64,000 bases of DNA from Anolis carolinensis (Eukaryota), in the NCBI RefSeq assembly GCF_035594765.1, contig NC_085841.1, forward strand, positions 173,833,574 through 173,897,573, in the 5' to 3' direction. Shown here in pieces: positions 61,946 through 64,000 of this stretch. The position numbers were made by a program, and so were the translations under genes. Position 1 is the first letter of the stretch. Each line of letters starts with the position of its first letter. The notes under the pieces are model-generated. The model saw nothing but the letters and a program-made list of their open reading frames with translations. It searched no databases and was not told the origin of the DNA.

Positions 61946-64000
61946 AACAAAAAAACAATGCAGAGTTCCTATCATTATTGCCCAGTGTTATACCATATCC
62001 TAATGCAAAATCCAATGTGGAATAAGGAAAGTCCATGAGACTCCTCAAGGGCCAACATAGACATCTCTTCATGGTGACATGTAGAAGGTTTTGTTCTAGA
62101 ATTGAGTTGTAAATTAGTCCCAAAATTGCCTGGCCTGTAGTTAAATCTGACAATGTATGTATGGCAAGTTCTTTCTATAGATGTCATTTCATATTCAGAC
62201 CATTAAGTTCTTTGTTCAAATTCTTTTTTGTCATTGCCATTTTCATTATCCTACATACAGTACACTGTGAAAAGGTTTTCTCTCTCACTCCCTGCTTTTT
62301 TCCTTTACAGTGAAAGTTTTAGGAAGTTTATATAAATTAATAAAATCCTGGGTTCTATGAAGCCAATCTAGCTTTGAACATGCTTTTATTGATCTTTCAG
62401 GTAAATCTACTGTGAAAGTTATGAGCCAAGCCCAGCTCACTGACTTCAAACGGAATTGGAGGTACCTGTAGAGAGTTACCCTGGCAGACGAGCTTTCACT
62501 AAAGCCAGCAGAGCAGAGGTGAGAGGAAGGGGGAAAGTTGCTTAATTAACATTTCACATGTATTTCAGGTTGTGATTTAAGGGGGCTTAAACTATCCCTA
62601 TTGCACACATAAGAATGCCTTTCTTTTTCACTGGTATAGGTACTAAACTTTATACCACAAATGGCTGGATATAGTTTGTGTGCACTAAACACACAAGAAA
62701 AAACTCAACTTGGTCAAGAATTTTAATAACCTGACAACAAGGCATTGTAAAATAAACCACAAGCTACAATGGGCTTCACTTTCAGAGTGAACAGAAAAGA
62801 AAGAGGTTTATATCCAGCCTGCAAACCTACATTGGTTTTATGCCAATCTAAATATCATGGTTTCCATGGGAATTAAAAATTCTTTGTTCAAACTTAATTC
62901 CAAATAGAGAGTTTGATGAAAATTGAGAGACTGACACATCATCTTCAGAAATCCTTTAACAGTATAGAGCAGCCTTCCCACCAGACATCTATACACATAT
63001 AGGGTCCTGTGTGGTGGGTAAGCTCTGAATCCAGTTTAGATCTAGTAGAGTAGACATGCTGTTCAATAGGTATACATGGAATCTACATTCTAAGTGTATC
63101 CCAAGATGATAAATGAGGATGGTGAAGTGGGGAGAAGAGAAGGAAAAGGGAGTACCATATTTTACCAGCTTTGCTTGCAGTGGAACTTCCAAAGGTCCTA
63201 AGCAAGTGGAGATGACAAGACTGATATATGAATGAATAGATACTAGGCTTGTGCAAAATTTCCTTTTTTAATTTGTCTTTTGGAACAAATTCATTAAATT
63301 TGTGCATACAAAGCACTTATTAGAAACATGCAGGAAAGGTGGGAGGAGATTTAGAAATTGAAACACTCACCAATCATTTTCTTTAAGATTCTGTCACATT
63401 TGGATGTCTCCCAAGGAGAGTTTAATTTTCAGTATAAGCATTAAGCAAATTTGGCAAAGCCAAAGAGGCCATTGCTAGTGTTTAAATTAAACCCAGGCTG
63501 CTTGCCGGTCTTTGGCCCGATCACCATAAGGAAGGCACTGTGGGCAGGACTACATTTAATGGGCGGGAGACTGAGAACATAGCCATCTTAAATGTAGTTT
63601 GGGAAGGTGAGGCCTCCTGAGGCAGAGAATGCAAAAGGCCCTGCCCTAAACTACATTTCTCAGAATACAATGATCACTTGCTTAGCATCTGAAGGATCCA
63701 AGCCATTTAGAGTCAGTCTAATAATTAATAATAAATAAAATTATTGAATCTGCAAAGATGGCTAAAGTAAATAGGTAATCATTTAAATCTGTGCTAAGTT
63801 AAAGTTATATGGTTGTGTTTCATAAAGACAGACAGACATTCAAAGGAATTCCCGTTGTCGCTTTTTGGGGGATAAATTGTTTTGGTCTAAACATTTTAAA
63901 ATTCTCAAAAATCTGTAGATGTGTGAATCTTTCTGAAATTTCTGGGGATTGATGCCCTGGTTATCTTGTGCATTATATATAAAATTCAAGTAGTTAGCTC

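Overview
Vertebrate (squamate) genomic DNA, very probably an anole lizard such as Anolis carolinensis, judged from its repeat repertoire: Sauria-type SINEs, a second tRNA SINE, BovB/RTE, CR1, L1, L2 and Vingi LINE fragments, a Penelope fragment, a Helitron, hAT/Tc1-mariner/Harbinger/Chapaev MITEs, six solo LTRs with target-site duplications (TSDs) and two ERV-like LTR-plus-internal remnants. I could not identify any host protein-coding exon, so the window looks like a large intron or gene desert with several repeat-free stretches that may be enhancers. The main observation concerns four different Gypsy-type solo LTRs (19813-20740, 49912-50379, 50466-51439, 51450-52908). Each has a reading frame that opens at LTR base 2 (phase xxT-GTN), fills U3 and stops just before the TATA box; the 19813 copy needs one frameshift. 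These frames encode acidic disordered tails with short motifs known to bind chromatin: an HMGN-like RRSAR(I/L) motif in three families, and two E-x-E-x-F-x-G-F (LEDGF-IBD/TND-binding type) motifs in the fourth. The two copies of the latter differ at 6 of 24 nt, all synonymous. My inference is that these are integrase/Pol C-terminal targeting tails encoded by read-through into the 3' LTR. No internal Gypsy domain is present here, so this cannot be confirmed from the window.
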